In this document: positions 47,916 through 57,425 of the stretch, piece after piece
Numbering within the stretch: position 1 is the first letter of the stretch
How the letters are laid out: every line of letters starts with the position of its first letter
Assembly (NCBI GenBank): GCA_025963775.1
Contig: JAOQAD010000012.1
Coordinates: 195,056-259,055 of the forward strand
DNA length: 64,000 nt
Source: Bacteroidota bacterium
GTDB taxonomy: Bacteria; Bacteroidota; Bacteroidia; 2-12-FULL-35-15
Direction of reading: 5' to 3'
Made by a program: the position numbers and the translations under genes
The notes under the pieces: generated by a model
Seen by the model: the letters and a program-made list of their open reading frames with translations, nothing else
What the model was told of the DNA's origin: nothing
The model's database searches: none

Positions 47916-48995
47916 ATGGCGCACAACCGCAAAATAATTCACATCGACATGGATGCATTTTATGCATCGGTGGAGCAGCGCGACAATCCCGAATTAAAAG
48001 GGAAACCCCTTGTTGTCGGCGGTTCCCCCGAAGGCCGCGGTGGCGTAGTGGCAGCAGCCAGCTATGAAGCACGCAAGTTCGGGATCCGTTCGGCCATGCC
48101 CAGCAAAAAAGCAAAGGAGCTTTGTCCGCATGTGATCTTTGTTTATCCCCGCTTTGCCGCTTATAAAGAAGTTTCCAAAAAGATCCGCGAAATTTTTCAC
48201 CGCTACACCGACCTGGTGGAGCCGCTTTCGCTGGATGAGGCGTACCTCGATGTAACGGAAGACAAACAAAACATTGGTTCCGCGATTGACATTGCAAAGC
48301 TGATCAAGGAGCAGATCAAAACAGAGACAGGGCTCACTGCATCCGCAGGCGTATCATCGAGTAAGTTTGTCGCGAAGATCGCTTCCGACCTCCAGAAGCC
48401 TGACGGATTAACATTTATCGGGCCCTCCAAAATAGAAGCCTTCATGGAAAAGCTTCCCGTGGAAAAATTTTATGGCGTCGGGAAAGTGACGGCAGATAAA
48501 ATGAAAAAGATGGGGCTGCATACCGGGGCTGACTTAAAAAAGCTGGATGAAGATGAGCTGGTGAAGCATTTCGGAAAATCAGGCCATTTCTTTTACAGGA
48601 TCGTGAGAGGCATCGATGAGCGGGAAGTGCATTCAGACCGTGAAACCAAATCGCTTGGCGCGGAAGATACATTCAGCTACGACCTTACCGAAATTGATGA
48701 AATGAACACAGAGCTGGACAAGATCGCACAGCTTGTTTTTGAACGCCTGAAAAAATACGGATTGAAAGGACGGACCATCACGCTGAAAATAAAATACCAC
48801 GACTTTAAACAGATCACGCGCAATTTTTCATTTCAGCATCCCGTTAATGACCTTGAAACCATTGCAGAAACCGCAAAGCAATTGTTGCTGAAAACAGATC
48901 CGGAAAATAAAAAGATCCGCCTGCTGGGCATTTCACTTTCCAATTTCGGGGAGCAGATAAGGAAGAATGATAACGGGCAATTAGAATTATTTTAA
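47916..48995 (+). CDS. dinB: DNA polymerase IV
   Basis: Contains IIHIDMDAFYASVEQRDNP, PLSLDEAYLDVT and SAGVSSSKFVAKIASD (Y-family polymerase motifs). Confidence 0.92.
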   Translation: MAHNRKIIHIDMDAFYASVEQRDNPELKGKPLVVGGSPEGRGGVVAAASYEARKFGIRSAMPSKKAKELCPHVIFVYPRFAAYKEVSKKIREIFHRYTDLVEPLSLDEAYLDVTEDKQNIGSAIDIAKLIKEQIKTETGLTASAGVSSSKFVAKIASDLQKPDGLTFIGPSKIEAFMEKLPVEKFYGVGKVTADKMKKMGLHTGADLKKLDEDELVKHFGKSGHFFYRIVRGIDEREVHSDRETKSLGAEDTFSYDLTEIDEMNTELDKIAQLVFERLKKYGLKGRTITLKIKYHDFKQITRNFSFQHPVNDLETIAETAKQLLLKTDPENKKIRLLGISLSNFGEQIRKNDNGQLELF

Positions 48996-48996
48996 A

Positions 48997-49893
48997 ATGA
49001 AAAAACTTTTCCTGCTTTTTGTGATCGTAATCAGTCAATCCTGCTTCGCGAACATGGCATCGCCTTTCACCTGGGGCACTATCGGCTCGAATGCATTTTC
49101 CAGCGCCGACATCGACATTTTAAGAGAGAAAATTCTTGTCAGCATCGACAGCGGGTTCAATACGGCTGCCTATGATATTGAATACACCATCCGCAGCGAT
49201 GTGCATGGCATACAGATTCCGCTGATGTTCTATGCCAAAGACTTCAAAAGCAATTTCAAGGTTTGGCTCGATGATGAAGAGATCCGGCTTGTGTCTATTC
49301 CTTACACTATAAAAAGATCGGCAACTACGTTCAGCCGTTTTTCACGCAATTTCGATCCTCCTTCCCGCGAAGGCGAGCCGGAAACCATACTCGTATCCTG
49401 GAGCGAGCACGTGGGATTCAGGTACCCGATCTCCGACCTGATGTATTTTTATGCAAACCTTACGGAAGGAGAACACCGGATCCGTGTAACGTACACGGGG
49501 AACGTAAGCATCAACAAAATAACAGAAGGGGATGAATACAGCTTCCTGTATTCGCTGGCTCCTGCAGCGCACTGGCGTTCTTTCGGAAGCCTTGAAATAA
49601 TTGTTGATGCTACGAAATGCGAAAAGGGACAGCTACAGACAAATCTCGGAAAGCCTGCAGCAGGAAAAATTGATTCGGTTGCTACTTGGCGTTTCAAAAA
49701 ACTGCCTGCGGATTATTTCAGCATCTCGTATTTTCAAAAACTTTCTGTACCCCGGGAGCCATATCCTTCCATGCAGAGCGGAATCCCATTACAAAAATCC
49801 ACAATAAAGATCATTTCCGCCGGGGCGATTTTTATAGTACTGTGCGGACTTTTCTTTTTCATCCGCAGGCGAAGGAATAAACGCCGAGGCTGA
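48997..49893 (+). CDS. Hypothetical exported protein with C-terminal TM anchor and Arg-rich tail
   Basis: Has a signal peptide, a C-terminal IISAGAIFIVLCGLFFFI helix and then RRRRNKRRG. It starts 1 nt after the dinB stop. Confidence 0.55.
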   Translation: MKKLFLLFVIVISQSCFANMASPFTWGTIGSNAFSSADIDILREKILVSIDSGFNTAAYDIEYTIRSDVHGIQIPLMFYAKDFKSNFKVWLDDEEIRLVSIPYTIKRSATTFSRFSRNFDPPSREGEPETILVSWSEHVGFRYPISDLMYFYANLTEGEHRIRVTYTGNVSINKITEGDEYSFLYSLAPAAHWRSFGSLEIIVDATKCEKGQLQTNLGKPAAGKIDSVATWRFKKLPADYFSISYFQKLSVPREPYPSMQSGIPLQKSTIKIISAGAIFIVLCGLFFFIRRRRNKRRG

Positions 49894-50075
49894 TCTTTAC
49901 CCTTTTTTTTATTCAATGATTTATCTACATTTGGGAAAATACGCATGAAAATACTGGCTTTCCTCATCCTTCTGTTTCCGGCCATTGGTGCTGCAGCTCA
50001 AAAACCTGCATCAAAGGACACTCTTAATGGAGCAGGATCAATCAATATCTATTACGGAACTAAGTTTATTAAACC

Positions 50076-50450
50076 TCAGCCAATAGTGACCGTGTACACA
50101 TCACTGTTATTCCTCAGGATACTTTTCACATGAAAGCCGCCTTCCTGCGGAATCTCTTCCTTCAGGTCGAACATGATGCAATTCCGGCTCAGTCCTTCGA
50201 AGATCAGCGTGAATTTCTGGCCTGCATTTTTTAATGTCCAATAAGGGTAAAAGCTAATGTTAAAGGCTGTGACAAGCTTTGCACGCTTGCCGGTGCTATG
50301 CTCAATAAGAAAGGTGCTTGGCCAGATGCGGTAAGCTGCATCCATTGCACAAACACAATGCACGATCACCTGGTTCTCCTCCGCCACCATTGTTTCGGTT
50401 GCAACTTCCTCTTCCTGTTCGGTTATTATTTCGGGTTCGGTGTTAGCCAC
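50076..50450 (-). CDS. Hypothetical protein
   Basis: 124 aa with an acidic N-terminus. No motif recognised. Confidence 0.45.
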   Translation of the reverse strand: MANTEPEIITEQEEEVATETMVAEENQVIVHCVCAMDAAYRIWPSTFLIEHSTGKRAKLVTAFNISFYPYWTLKNAGQKFTLIFEGLSRNCIMFDLKEEIPQEGGFHVKSILRNNSDVYTVTIG

Positions 50451-50498
50451 ATTCGGGGATTTTATAATTTATGTTATAGAAAAAGGTTGAATACGGAT

Positions 50499-50578
50499 GT
50501 CAGTTCGAGTTTTCGCCATTTGGGGCGAAAGTATCGAGAACGGGCCTACTTCTCGATACGCTTCGCACTCGAAGTGAC
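50499..50578. repeat. Family A palindromic element (copy A6, compact form)
   Basis: The sequence is gtcagttcgagt-ttttcgcc/ggcgaaa-gtatcgagaa-cgggcctac-ttctcgatac-gcttcgcactcgaagtgac. Confidence 0.8.
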
Positions 50579-50612
50579 CCTGTCATTGGAATAATCAATT
50601 AACATTTTTATT

Positions 50613-51818
50613 CTAATCTTTTAACTTCTTCGTGATCTCTTTCTTCCAGCCTTTCTCAGCCTCCCCGATTTTAATTTTTGTGCAGCCGTTGAAAGTTGCA
50701 AACGCTTTTAACTTTTCAGCAAAGACAGTGTTGAATTTATCATCCGGCTTAAAGCCCTTTTCAAAATGCATCACCTTTACATAAAAAGTTTTGGTTGCGC
50801 GGTCGGCCTTCGGGTCAAAGCGCCCGGCAAAAGCGTCGCCGTACAATACAGGCAGGCAGAAATAACCGAATTTTCGCTTTGGCTCAGGAACATAGCATTC
50901 TACCTGGTAATCGAAACCGAAAAAGCGCTGCAGGCGCTTGCGCTGGATCACAAGGTTATCAAAAGGAGATAACAGGTGAATGTCTTTTTTGAGCTTCAGT
51001 TTTTCCATTGCATCCAATTGTTCAAGGCTTGTAATGAAAGGGCTGTCGCCATAGCCTTCCGCCCGCACTTCCTTGTATTCCCCTGATTTTATTAATTTCT
51101 TCAATGCTTTGTTCACGGATTCTTTCAATCCTTTCCGCAGGTAAGCGATCTCCTTCTCCTCCACCACTCCATTCGCTTCCACAGCTTTCTTCACCAGGTA
51201 TTCGGCATATTCCGCAGCCGTGGGCATTTCCGTATTTACATCCGGCGGCAATACCCGTTCGGCAAGGTCGTACACCTTCTGAAATCCCTGCCGCCTCGCT
51301 ACCATCAAGGTGCCATCCATGAACAGCTGCTCCAGCGCCTTCTTTGCCGGCTTCCATTCATACCAGTTGCCGGGGCCTGTGCGCTTGAATTCAAAATCCT
51401 TCGATTGCAATGCGCCTTCCGCCCTGATCCTGTCGAGCACATACTTCATGATTTTTTTATCCTGTGCAAACCAATGCGATTTGCCTTCCGCGAATAGTTT
51501 TTTGCGAGGGAGCGAATAGCGGTAATCGCTCATCGGGAGATAGGATGCCGCATGGCTCCAGTATTCGAAAACGGATTTGTCTTTTTCCATCAGCTCGCCA
51601 AGAAAGCTTTCCTTATAATCGGGCAGGCGGCTGTATAAGGTATGATGGTGCGCCCTCGCCACCACGGCCAGTGTATCTATCTGCACATAGCCAAGGTGTT
51701 GGATCACAGACAATGCGCCTTTTTTGCCTTTGCCGAAATGCGCGTCCGGCAAGCCCTGACTGTTGAGCGCAAGCAGGCGGATCGACTTTAATGGCAGTAT
51801 TTCAGGGCTTCCGGGCAT
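50613..51818 (-). CDS. YcaQ/AlkZ-family winged-helix protein (interstrand-crosslink DNA glycosylase family, DUF1006)
   Basis: Contains LGYVQIDTLAVVARAHHHTLYSRLPDY, YWSHAASYLP and GYFCLPVLYGDAFAGRFDPKADR. Confidence 0.7.
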   Translation of the reverse strand: MPGSPEILPLKSIRLLALNSQGLPDAHFGKGKKGALSVIQHLGYVQIDTLAVVARAHHHTLYSRLPDYKESFLGELMEKDKSVFEYWSHAASYLPMSDYRYSLPRKKLFAEGKSHWFAQDKKIMKYVLDRIRAEGALQSKDFEFKRTGPGNWYEWKPAKKALEQLFMDGTLMVARRQGFQKVYDLAERVLPPDVNTEMPTAAEYAEYLVKKAVEANGVVEEKEIAYLRKGLKESVNKALKKLIKSGEYKEVRAEGYGDSPFITSLEQLDAMEKLKLKKDIHLLSPFDNLVIQRKRLQRFFGFDYQVECYVPEPKRKFGYFCLPVLYGDAFAGRFDPKADRATKTFYVKVMHFEKGFKPDDKFNTVFAEKLKAFATFNGCTKIKIGEAEKGWKKEITKKLKD

Positions 51819-51852
51819 GTTAAAATTTATTAGCCAAATTAAGGAATTTTCT

Positions 51853-51860
51853 TAATTTTG
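51853..51860 (+). promoter_or_regulatory. -7 promoter box (TAatTTTG)
   Basis: Consensus match 25 nt before the ATG at 51885. Confidence 0.4.
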
Positions 51861-51884
51861 GTATCCTTTTAAACACAAGATAAA

Positions 51885-52754
51885 ATGCTAAAAAAATTAA
51901 GCTTACTCCTCTTAGTTTTGATCTGCCTCCCCGGATACGGGCAAGACATCACTGCCACCATTAAAACTGCGAGTGCGGTTGCCCCGGGTAAAGACCTTAC
52001 CGTGGAGATCAGCGTAAGCAAAGCAGGCGTAAGCGGCTTCATGAAATATTTCCAGGACCTTCCTGCAAACTATACGGCCACCGACATCGACAGCAAAGGC
52101 GGGAACTTCACCAATGCCGACAATGGCGCAAAGATCATCTGGATTTCACCGCCCAGCTCCGACCAGTTTACAATGACCTACAAAATAGCTGTTCCGCAGG
52201 GAGCAAGCGGGACCATTTCTGTTGGCGGAAAATTCTCATACGTAGTTGGCAACGAACGTAAAACATTTGATGTTGAACCCCAGGTAGTAAGCATCGGCAG
52301 CGGAAGCGGAAGCAGCACTCCACCAGTTGTAAAGGAAGTGGTGAAGGAAACACCTCCACCGGCAGAAACAAAGCCGCCTGCAGAAGAGAAACCGGCAGTG
52401 GTTGAATCAAAGCCAACGCCCCCACCTGCTGAAGAAAAGCCAAAGCCTGTGGAAACTAAAAAGGAAACCCCGGTTGTAATCACGCCACCGGTGAATAAAA
52501 CGCCTGTAAGTGCTGCTCCTACTGCTACTGCAGGAAGATCGTACCGCGTACAGATCGGCGCATTTGCACTGAAGCCGCATATTGAAGGCGTTCCGGAATC
52601 ATCAACGATTGTGCTGGACAATGGAATGACTAAGTATTTCAGCGGTAACTTCAAAACCTACGAAGAAGCGAAGAAACGCAAGAACGAGATGATCGAAAAA
52701 GGATTCCAGGGAGCATTCATTGTTTCCTTTGAGAATGGGAAGATCGTGAAATGA
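51885..52754 (+). CDS. Secreted protein with Pro-rich linker and C-terminal SPOR-like domain
   Basis: Has a signal peptide and a PPVVKEVVKETPPPAETKPPAEEKP linker. The C-terminal SYRVQIGAF...YEEAKKRKNEMIEKGFQGAFIV segment is a SPOR-like pattern. Confidence 0.5.
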   Translation: MLKKLSLLLLVLICLPGYGQDITATIKTASAVAPGKDLTVEISVSKAGVSGFMKYFQDLPANYTATDIDSKGGNFTNADNGAKIIWISPPSSDQFTMTYKIAVPQGASGTISVGGKFSYVVGNERKTFDVEPQVVSIGSGSGSSTPPVVKEVVKETPPPAETKPPAEEKPAVVESKPTPPPAEEKPKPVETKKETPVVITPPVNKTPVSAAPTATAGRSYRVQIGAFALKPHIEGVPESSTIVLDNGMTKYFSGNFKTYEEAKKRKNEMIEKGFQGAFIVSFENGKIVK

Positions 52755-52781
52755 TTCACCATATGACCCGCACTTCTCATC

Positions 52782-52885
52782 GTCATGCCGTGCTCCGACA
52801 CGGCATCTCTCCCTGATCCTAAAACCAGCAGGATCCCCATCACCTCATAATTTCACAGAGATCCCGTGTCGGAGCACGGGATGAC
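52782..52885. repeat. Pair of GTCAT...ATCTC hairpins in opposite orientation
   Basis: 52782-52809 is gtcatgccgtgctccgacacggcatctc. 52858-52885 is gagatcccgtgtcggagcacgggatgac. Confidence 0.75.
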
Positions 52886-52915
52886 AGAGTCATAATGCAA
52901 ACCTTTAACAAATAA

Positions 52916-52945
52916 AAAAGCGAAGCCTGGGCTTCGCTTTTATTT
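52916..52945. terminator. Bidirectional terminator hairpin
   Basis: agcgaagc-ctgg-gcttcgct is flanked by an A-run and a T-run, between convergent genes. Confidence 0.55.
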
Positions 52946-52975
52946 TCTCCGCGTTCTCTGCGGCTCTGCGAGAAA
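52945..52975. repeat. CTCTGCG-periodic repeat (copy D3)
   Basis: The sequence is ttctccgcgttctctgcggctctgcgagaaa. Confidence 0.6.
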
Positions 52976-52980
52976 CTGCC

Positions 52981-54138
52981 TTATAATCCCAGTTTCTTCG
53001 CGATCTCTTTCTTCACACCATCCTTGTGCAGCATGATGGAGGTTGTTTTGTATTTCACAAATGCTTCGGAAGCGTAGAAATAGCCATCGCAATCATTGTT
53101 TTTTACGCCCCATGAATTTTTCACGATGTAATATTTTGTTCCGTTCTGATCCTTTACAATGCCTGTGATGTGCATTCCGTGGTCATCCTGTGTCTCATAA
53201 TTATCGAATGCTTCCTGGCGCATTGCCTGCGTGATCACTTTTTGCTTGCCCGGGTTCTGGATCACCGAATCGATCTTTTCTTTTTTAATGTCTGTCCAGT
53301 CCACATCAGGAACCACAGCAACGCCATTCTTGAAGGAGAATCCTTTTTCGCTCACATCTGCGCCCCATGCAATGGTATAACCGTTCATGAGCGCATTATC
53401 CATGATCTCGATCATTTCATCAACAGGCACATTGTACACCTGGTCGCCGGCCCAGTTGTCGGGCACTTCCAGCATGAACTTCGAATAGAACGGATGATGG
53501 GAGAATGAAGAGATCTCGATGTAGTTCTCCATGTTCAATCCCAGCATGTCCGCGAATGATTTCGGCGTGTACTGTTTTCCTTCGTAGGTGAATGTTTTTG
53601 GGATTGGCCCCAGGTAGGCATCGAGTGTGGAGTTGAATGCTTTTTTCCAGCCCGGGTTTGGCTTTGCGCTTTTGATCACAGCATCCACCATGGCGCGTGT
53701 TACGGCATCAAGGTCGTTGTGGTTGATCTCTTTTTCACCGTTGGCAAGCCCGGTGTAAACCGATTGCGGGACCATTCCCGAATCCTTCACTACCTGGATC
53801 ACATCGTGGAAAGCCCCGCCGCCTGCGAAATTCAAAGAGCCGTGCATACGCACGAACTTATCGGCTTTCATGTTGTAGGCTGTGTGCACGATGAACATTT
53901 CCGAGAGGTTCACTTTCGGCTTTTTCATACGCAGCATTTCCGATTCAAGGAAGGAAAGCGAAGAGAATGTCCAGCAGGTACCCGACTGGTTCTGGTTCTG
54001 CACTTCTGTGCTTTCAAGATTTTTAACAACGGTGAATTTATAATTTCCGTCCTTTTTGTTGGTGATGGTTGTTTGTGCGCTTAAAGCAGATGCGCCAATG
54101 GCAAGGGCTGAAAGCAGGATCGATTTTTTTAAGTTCAT
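52981..54138 (-). CDS. C1 (papain) family cysteine peptidase, aminopeptidase C / bleomycin hydrolase-like
   Basis: Has a signal peptide, QNQSGTCWTFSSLSFLESE (catalytic Cys), DHGMHITGIV (His) and KNSWG. Confidence 0.75.
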   Translation of the reverse strand: MNLKKSILLSALAIGASALSAQTTITNKKDGNYKFTVVKNLESTEVQNQNQSGTCWTFSSLSFLESEMLRMKKPKVNLSEMFIVHTAYNMKADKFVRMHGSLNFAGGGAFHDVIQVVKDSGMVPQSVYTGLANGEKEINHNDLDAVTRAMVDAVIKSAKPNPGWKKAFNSTLDAYLGPIPKTFTYEGKQYTPKSFADMLGLNMENYIEISSFSHHPFYSKFMLEVPDNWAGDQVYNVPVDEMIEIMDNALMNGYTIAWGADVSEKGFSFKNGVAVVPDVDWTDIKKEKIDSVIQNPGKQKVITQAMRQEAFDNYETQDDHGMHITGIVKDQNGTKYYIVKNSWGVKNNDCDGYFYASEAFVKYKTTSIMLHKDGVKKEIAKKLGL

Positions 54139-54245
54139 TGGGTTGAGAGAGATTTATTTGTATTTAAATATGCGAATAAAAACACATTGCTTACTACCGT
54201 ATTTGATAAGCGGTAAATATATGTTATAATTGGTTCCGTGTGGCC

Positions 54246-54300
54246 TCAGTTCGAGTATCCTTCCTTTTTCAGGAAGGGTGTATCGAGAACGTGCGTGGGT
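54246..54300. repeat. Family A half-element (copy A8)
   Basis: tcagttcgagt-atccttcc/ggaaggg-tgtatcgagaacgtgcgtgggt is the same subfamily as 10067-10120. It abuts the stop of the DUF3467 gene. Confidence 0.7.
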
Positions 54301-54611
54301 TATGCCTGCGCTGTTGGCCCGCCGAAATTCATTGGCAGCACATTCGGCATTTCCGTATCCTTGATCGGGCCGTGGGCCTGCTCAAATTTCTTGATGTTAT
54401 CGTTCAATGCTTTCATCAGGCGCTTTGCATGCTGGGGCGTTAATACGATGCGCGACTTCACTTTAGCCTTCGGCACGCCGGGCATCATCTTAATGAAGTC
54501 AAGCACAAATTCCGAATTGGAATGAGTGATGATCGCCAGGTTAGAATAAATTCCTTCTGCGATCTCTTCGCTTAATTCTATATTGATCTGGTTGGGGTTC
54601 TGCTCTTCCAT
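54300..54611 (-). CDS. DUF3467 domain protein
   Basis: Contains INIELSEEIAEGIYSNLAIITHSNSEFVLDFI...PKAKVKSRIVLTPQHAKRL. Confidence 0.75.
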   Translation of the reverse strand: MEEQNPNQINIELSEEIAEGIYSNLAIITHSNSEFVLDFIKMMPGVPKAKVKSRIVLTPQHAKRLMKALNDNIKKFEQAHGPIKDTEMPNVLPMNFGGPTAQA

Positions 54612-54670
54612 GTTTATTTTTTTGAATTGTAAAGTTAATTATTTCCCGGAAAATTTCCGGAAATAAAAAA

Positions 54671-54693
54671 GGTCCCGGGAAAACCCCGGGACC
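54671..54693 (-). terminator. Terminator after the collagen-like gene
   Basis: ggtcccggg-aaaac-cccgggacc is followed by a T-run on the minus strand. Confidence 0.6.
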
Positions 54694-54713
54694 TTCTCAT
54701 TTGCTGTTATTTC

Positions 54714-56633
54714 TTATAGTTTGGTGATCAGTATGGACGCATTCACTGCAGCCAGTGTTCCTCCTGTGTTTGCCACCAGGTTGATGCTTCCCGGTGAACC
54801 TGTATTGTTCAGCTGGATCACGTCACCTGCTACTACGTTAATTATCACCTGCCCGCTGTTTTGCGTGCCTGCCGTTGCAGCACCATTTCTTGATCCCGGT
54901 ACGGAAACACCGTTCTGGTAAACAGAGAACTGGTTTGCGGCAGATGCAGATACAGTGAATTCTATTTTGTAAACTCCTGATACATTTATAAAAATAAAGG
55001 AAGATCCCGGATTATGTGTGATGTTAGCAGTCAACAATCCGTTTGCATCAAAGCTAACTGCATTTCCAAGGGTTACAAATTGTGCGGAACTGTTATAGAT
55101 ATATGCATATTCTGAAGATGCGGTTGCTCCTGTGGCCCCGGTTGCTCCGTTGCTACCCGCCGGCCCTATCGGACCCTGCGGCCCCATTGGACCAACTGAA
55201 CCTACAGCACCGGTTGCACCAATTGTTCCTGCAATGGAAATATTCCAGTTGCTTACGAGGACGCCTGAGGTGCCGGCATAAAGATCCGTGTTGACAACCA
55301 TCGAAGTTCCCGTGTAAGATGTAATAATACCTTCGTAGTAGTTGGCAGGAGTTGTCTGATCAACAAGCCTGACCCTGTCCCCTGCAATATATGCCAGGCC
55401 AGCCTGGGTATTAAATGTTTTAGTGCCTAAAACACCGAGTGTTTTAGCTGAACTGGATGTAGCACTATAACCGCTGCCTGTTGCACCCGTTGTGCCGCTT
55501 ACACCCGTGGTTCCGGTTGCACCGGCAGCACCTGCTGCTCCATTAGTACCGTTAGTACCTGCAGTTCCGGTTGCTCCGTTAGCACCTGTTGCCCCCGCTA
55601 TTCCGTTGCTTCCGTTTGTACCATTAGTACCTGCAGTTCCGGTTGCACCCGTAGCTCCGGTTGCACCATTCGTTCCCGGTGATCCCGGCATTCCCATTCC
55701 CATCGGACCCATCGGACCCATTGCACCTGTAGAGCCTGTTGCACCTGTTACTCCATTGCTTCCATTTGTTCCGTTAATACCTGCAGTTCCGGTTGCACCA
55801 GTTACACCGGTTGTTCCGTTAGTTCCATTAGCACCAGCTGTTCCGGTTGCACCTGTCGCTCCTGTTGCGCCATTCATTCCCGGTGATCCCGGCATTCCCA
55901 TACCCATTGGGCCCATAGGACCCATTGCGCCTGTAGAACCTGTTGCGCCTGTGTTTCCATCAATACCGTTAGTGCCCGCAGTTCCTGTTGAACCCGTTGC
56001 ACCTGTTGCGCCGTTCATTCCCGGTGATCCCGGCATTCCCATACCCATCGGGCCCATTGCACCGGTAGAGCCTGTTGCTCCTGTTGCGCCATCTATACCG
56101 TTAGTGCCCGCAGTTCCTGTAGCACCATCAATTCCATTCATCCCGGTTGCTCCTGTTGCACCGTCAATTCCATTAGTTCCGTCAGTACCGGTTGCGCCCG
56201 TAGCGCCCACTCCTCCTGTTCCGGAAGTTTCAGCATATAATGCATAAGGCACGCTCATCAGCTGGGTTGTTCCCGTGATGGTGTACGATGTTCCACCTGA
56301 AGGATCAGTTTCCGTCATAATGAAATAAGGGCCTGCTGCCCAGTTGATCGAAGCGAAGGTTCCTGTAACAGGAGTTCCGTTCCCGATCTCTATCGTCACC
56401 AATCCGTTGATGTTTGTGGTTGCTGTTTGTGTTTCAACGTAAACAGCTGTACCTGTAGGGGAACCCTGTAAAATGCTTACCTGCATGCCTATTGGCGATG
56501 AAGTAACAAGCGCATTCGTCGCATTGCGGATCACCGCCTGGTAGCTCATTTTCTGAGGCGCCTGCGCTGATGTTGTTAAAACCTGGAAGCTGAAGAACAG
56601 CATTGCAGTAAGCCGGAGTAATCCTTTTTTCAT
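54714..56633 (-). CDS. Secreted collagen-like (G-X-Y) repeat protein with BclA-C/C1q-like C-terminal domain
   Basis: Has a signal peptide and a globular N-domain of about 135 aa. A run of about 260 aa of GXY triplets (GATGATGTDGTNGIDG...) has three recurrent GMGMPGSPG interruptions. A globular insert follows, then a second short GXY run (GPMGPQGPIGPAGSNG) and a 135-aa beta-rich C-terminal domain. Confidence 0.8.
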   Translation of the reverse strand: MKKGLLRLTAMLFFSFQVLTTSAQAPQKMSYQAVIRNATNALVTSSPIGMQVSILQGSPTGTAVYVETQTATTNINGLVTIEIGNGTPVTGTFASINWAAGPYFIMTETDPSGGTSYTITGTTQLMSVPYALYAETSGTGGVGATGATGTDGTNGIDGATGATGMNGIDGATGTAGTNGIDGATGATGSTGAMGPMGMGMPGSPGMNGATGATGSTGTAGTNGIDGNTGATGSTGAMGPMGPMGMGMPGSPGMNGATGATGATGTAGANGTNGTTGVTGATGTAGINGTNGSNGVTGATGSTGAMGPMGPMGMGMPGSPGTNGATGATGATGTAGTNGTNGSNGIAGATGANGATGTAGTNGTNGAAGAAGATGTTGVSGTTGATGSGYSATSSSAKTLGVLGTKTFNTQAGLAYIAGDRVRLVDQTTPANYYEGIITSYTGTSMVVNTDLYAGTSGVLVSNWNISIAGTIGATGAVGSVGPMGPQGPIGPAGSNGATGATGATASSEYAYIYNSSAQFVTLGNAVSFDANGLLTANITHNPGSSFIFINVSGVYKIEFTVSASAANQFSVYQNGVSVPGSRNGAATAGTQNSGQVIINVVAGDVIQLNNTGSPGSINLVANTGGTLAAVNASILITKL

Positions 56634-56643
56634 TGTGTTTAGT

Positions 56644-57126
56644 TTAGTTTTTGATGATTTTAAATACTTTGATTTCTTTAGTGTTATCCAGCACCTTTAC
56701 GAGGTAAATGCCTTTGCTGAGTGTGATCATGGAGATCGCCGTTTCAGTGCCGCTGAGCTTATCGCTGCTGATAAGCCTGCCCTGCGCATCGGAAAGTGTA
56801 TACGACATTCCTGTGGTGGAAAGGTCTTTAATGGTCAGTGTCACCTGCTCCGCAGTAGGGTTCGGATAAACAGAAGCAGATAAATTAATAGCTTTTGCAT
56901 CTACGCCCGTGATCACGTAAATTTCAAATGGCTGCTGCAATCCCTGTGTGATGGTTCCGCCGCTGCCGTTCCCGGTGATGTAATCCACCTGCCCGATCGA
57001 ATAGCTTGCGGAACCGCCTGTGCCCGAAGCATCGCCGCCTGCCGGAACAGTTCCCTGCTGGGCGCTGAGCGTTGCGATCCCTGAAAAAAGGAAGGCCCCT
57101 GATAGGAGTTTTTTAATGTTTGTCAT
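56644..57126 (-). CDS. Small T9SS type A sorting-domain protein
   Basis: Has a signal peptide and a Gly/Ser-rich head of about 70 aa (GGDASGTGGSASYSIGQVDY). The C-terminal VYPNPTAEQVTLTIKD...LSKGIYLVKV...KIIKN is a T9SS CTD. It lies 10 nt upstream of the collagen-like gene. Confidence 0.75.
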   Translation of the reverse strand: MTNIKKLLSGAFLFSGIATLSAQQGTVPAGGDASGTGGSASYSIGQVDYITGNGSGGTITQGLQQPFEIYVITGVDAKAINLSASVYPNPTAEQVTLTIKDLSTTGMSYTLSDAQGRLISSDKLSGTETAISMITLSKGIYLVKVLDNTKEIKVFKIIKN

Positions 57127-57425
57127 TGATTTGGAGTATTAGGAAGCGTAAGGATACGGAAATTAAATGAGAACCGGGTGATGGAAGCGTACTTATTAAA
57201 AAACAAATCTTCCGGGAAAAGCTTCCCGGAAGGTTAATGTTTTTCAAATCAATTATTAGAATACCACCATTAAAAACGCCGTCGGGATGCTAAAAACAAA
57301 AACCCGGAAGAAAGATCTGCCGGGCTTTTTAAATTTTCAATTCCTTTATTAGCCTAAAATCCGCGGGTCTAAACTCTAAGAGCAAATTTAGCATTTAAGA
57401 GCCATTATAAGCCGTCAGAAGCCAA

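Noticed and set aside
49945-50133. A 62-aa ORF with a signal-peptide-like start (MKILAFLILLFPAIGAAAQ).
   Set aside because: It overlaps the 3' end of the convergent 124-aa ORF by 58 nt and has no further support. It may be real, but I cannot defend it.
55492-56247. A 251-aa plus-strand ORF rich in Pro, Val and Ala (MPLTPVVPVAPAAP...).
   Set aside because: It is the antisense reading of the GXY collagen repeats. It has no independent start context, and the minus-strand frame has a signal peptide and globular domains.
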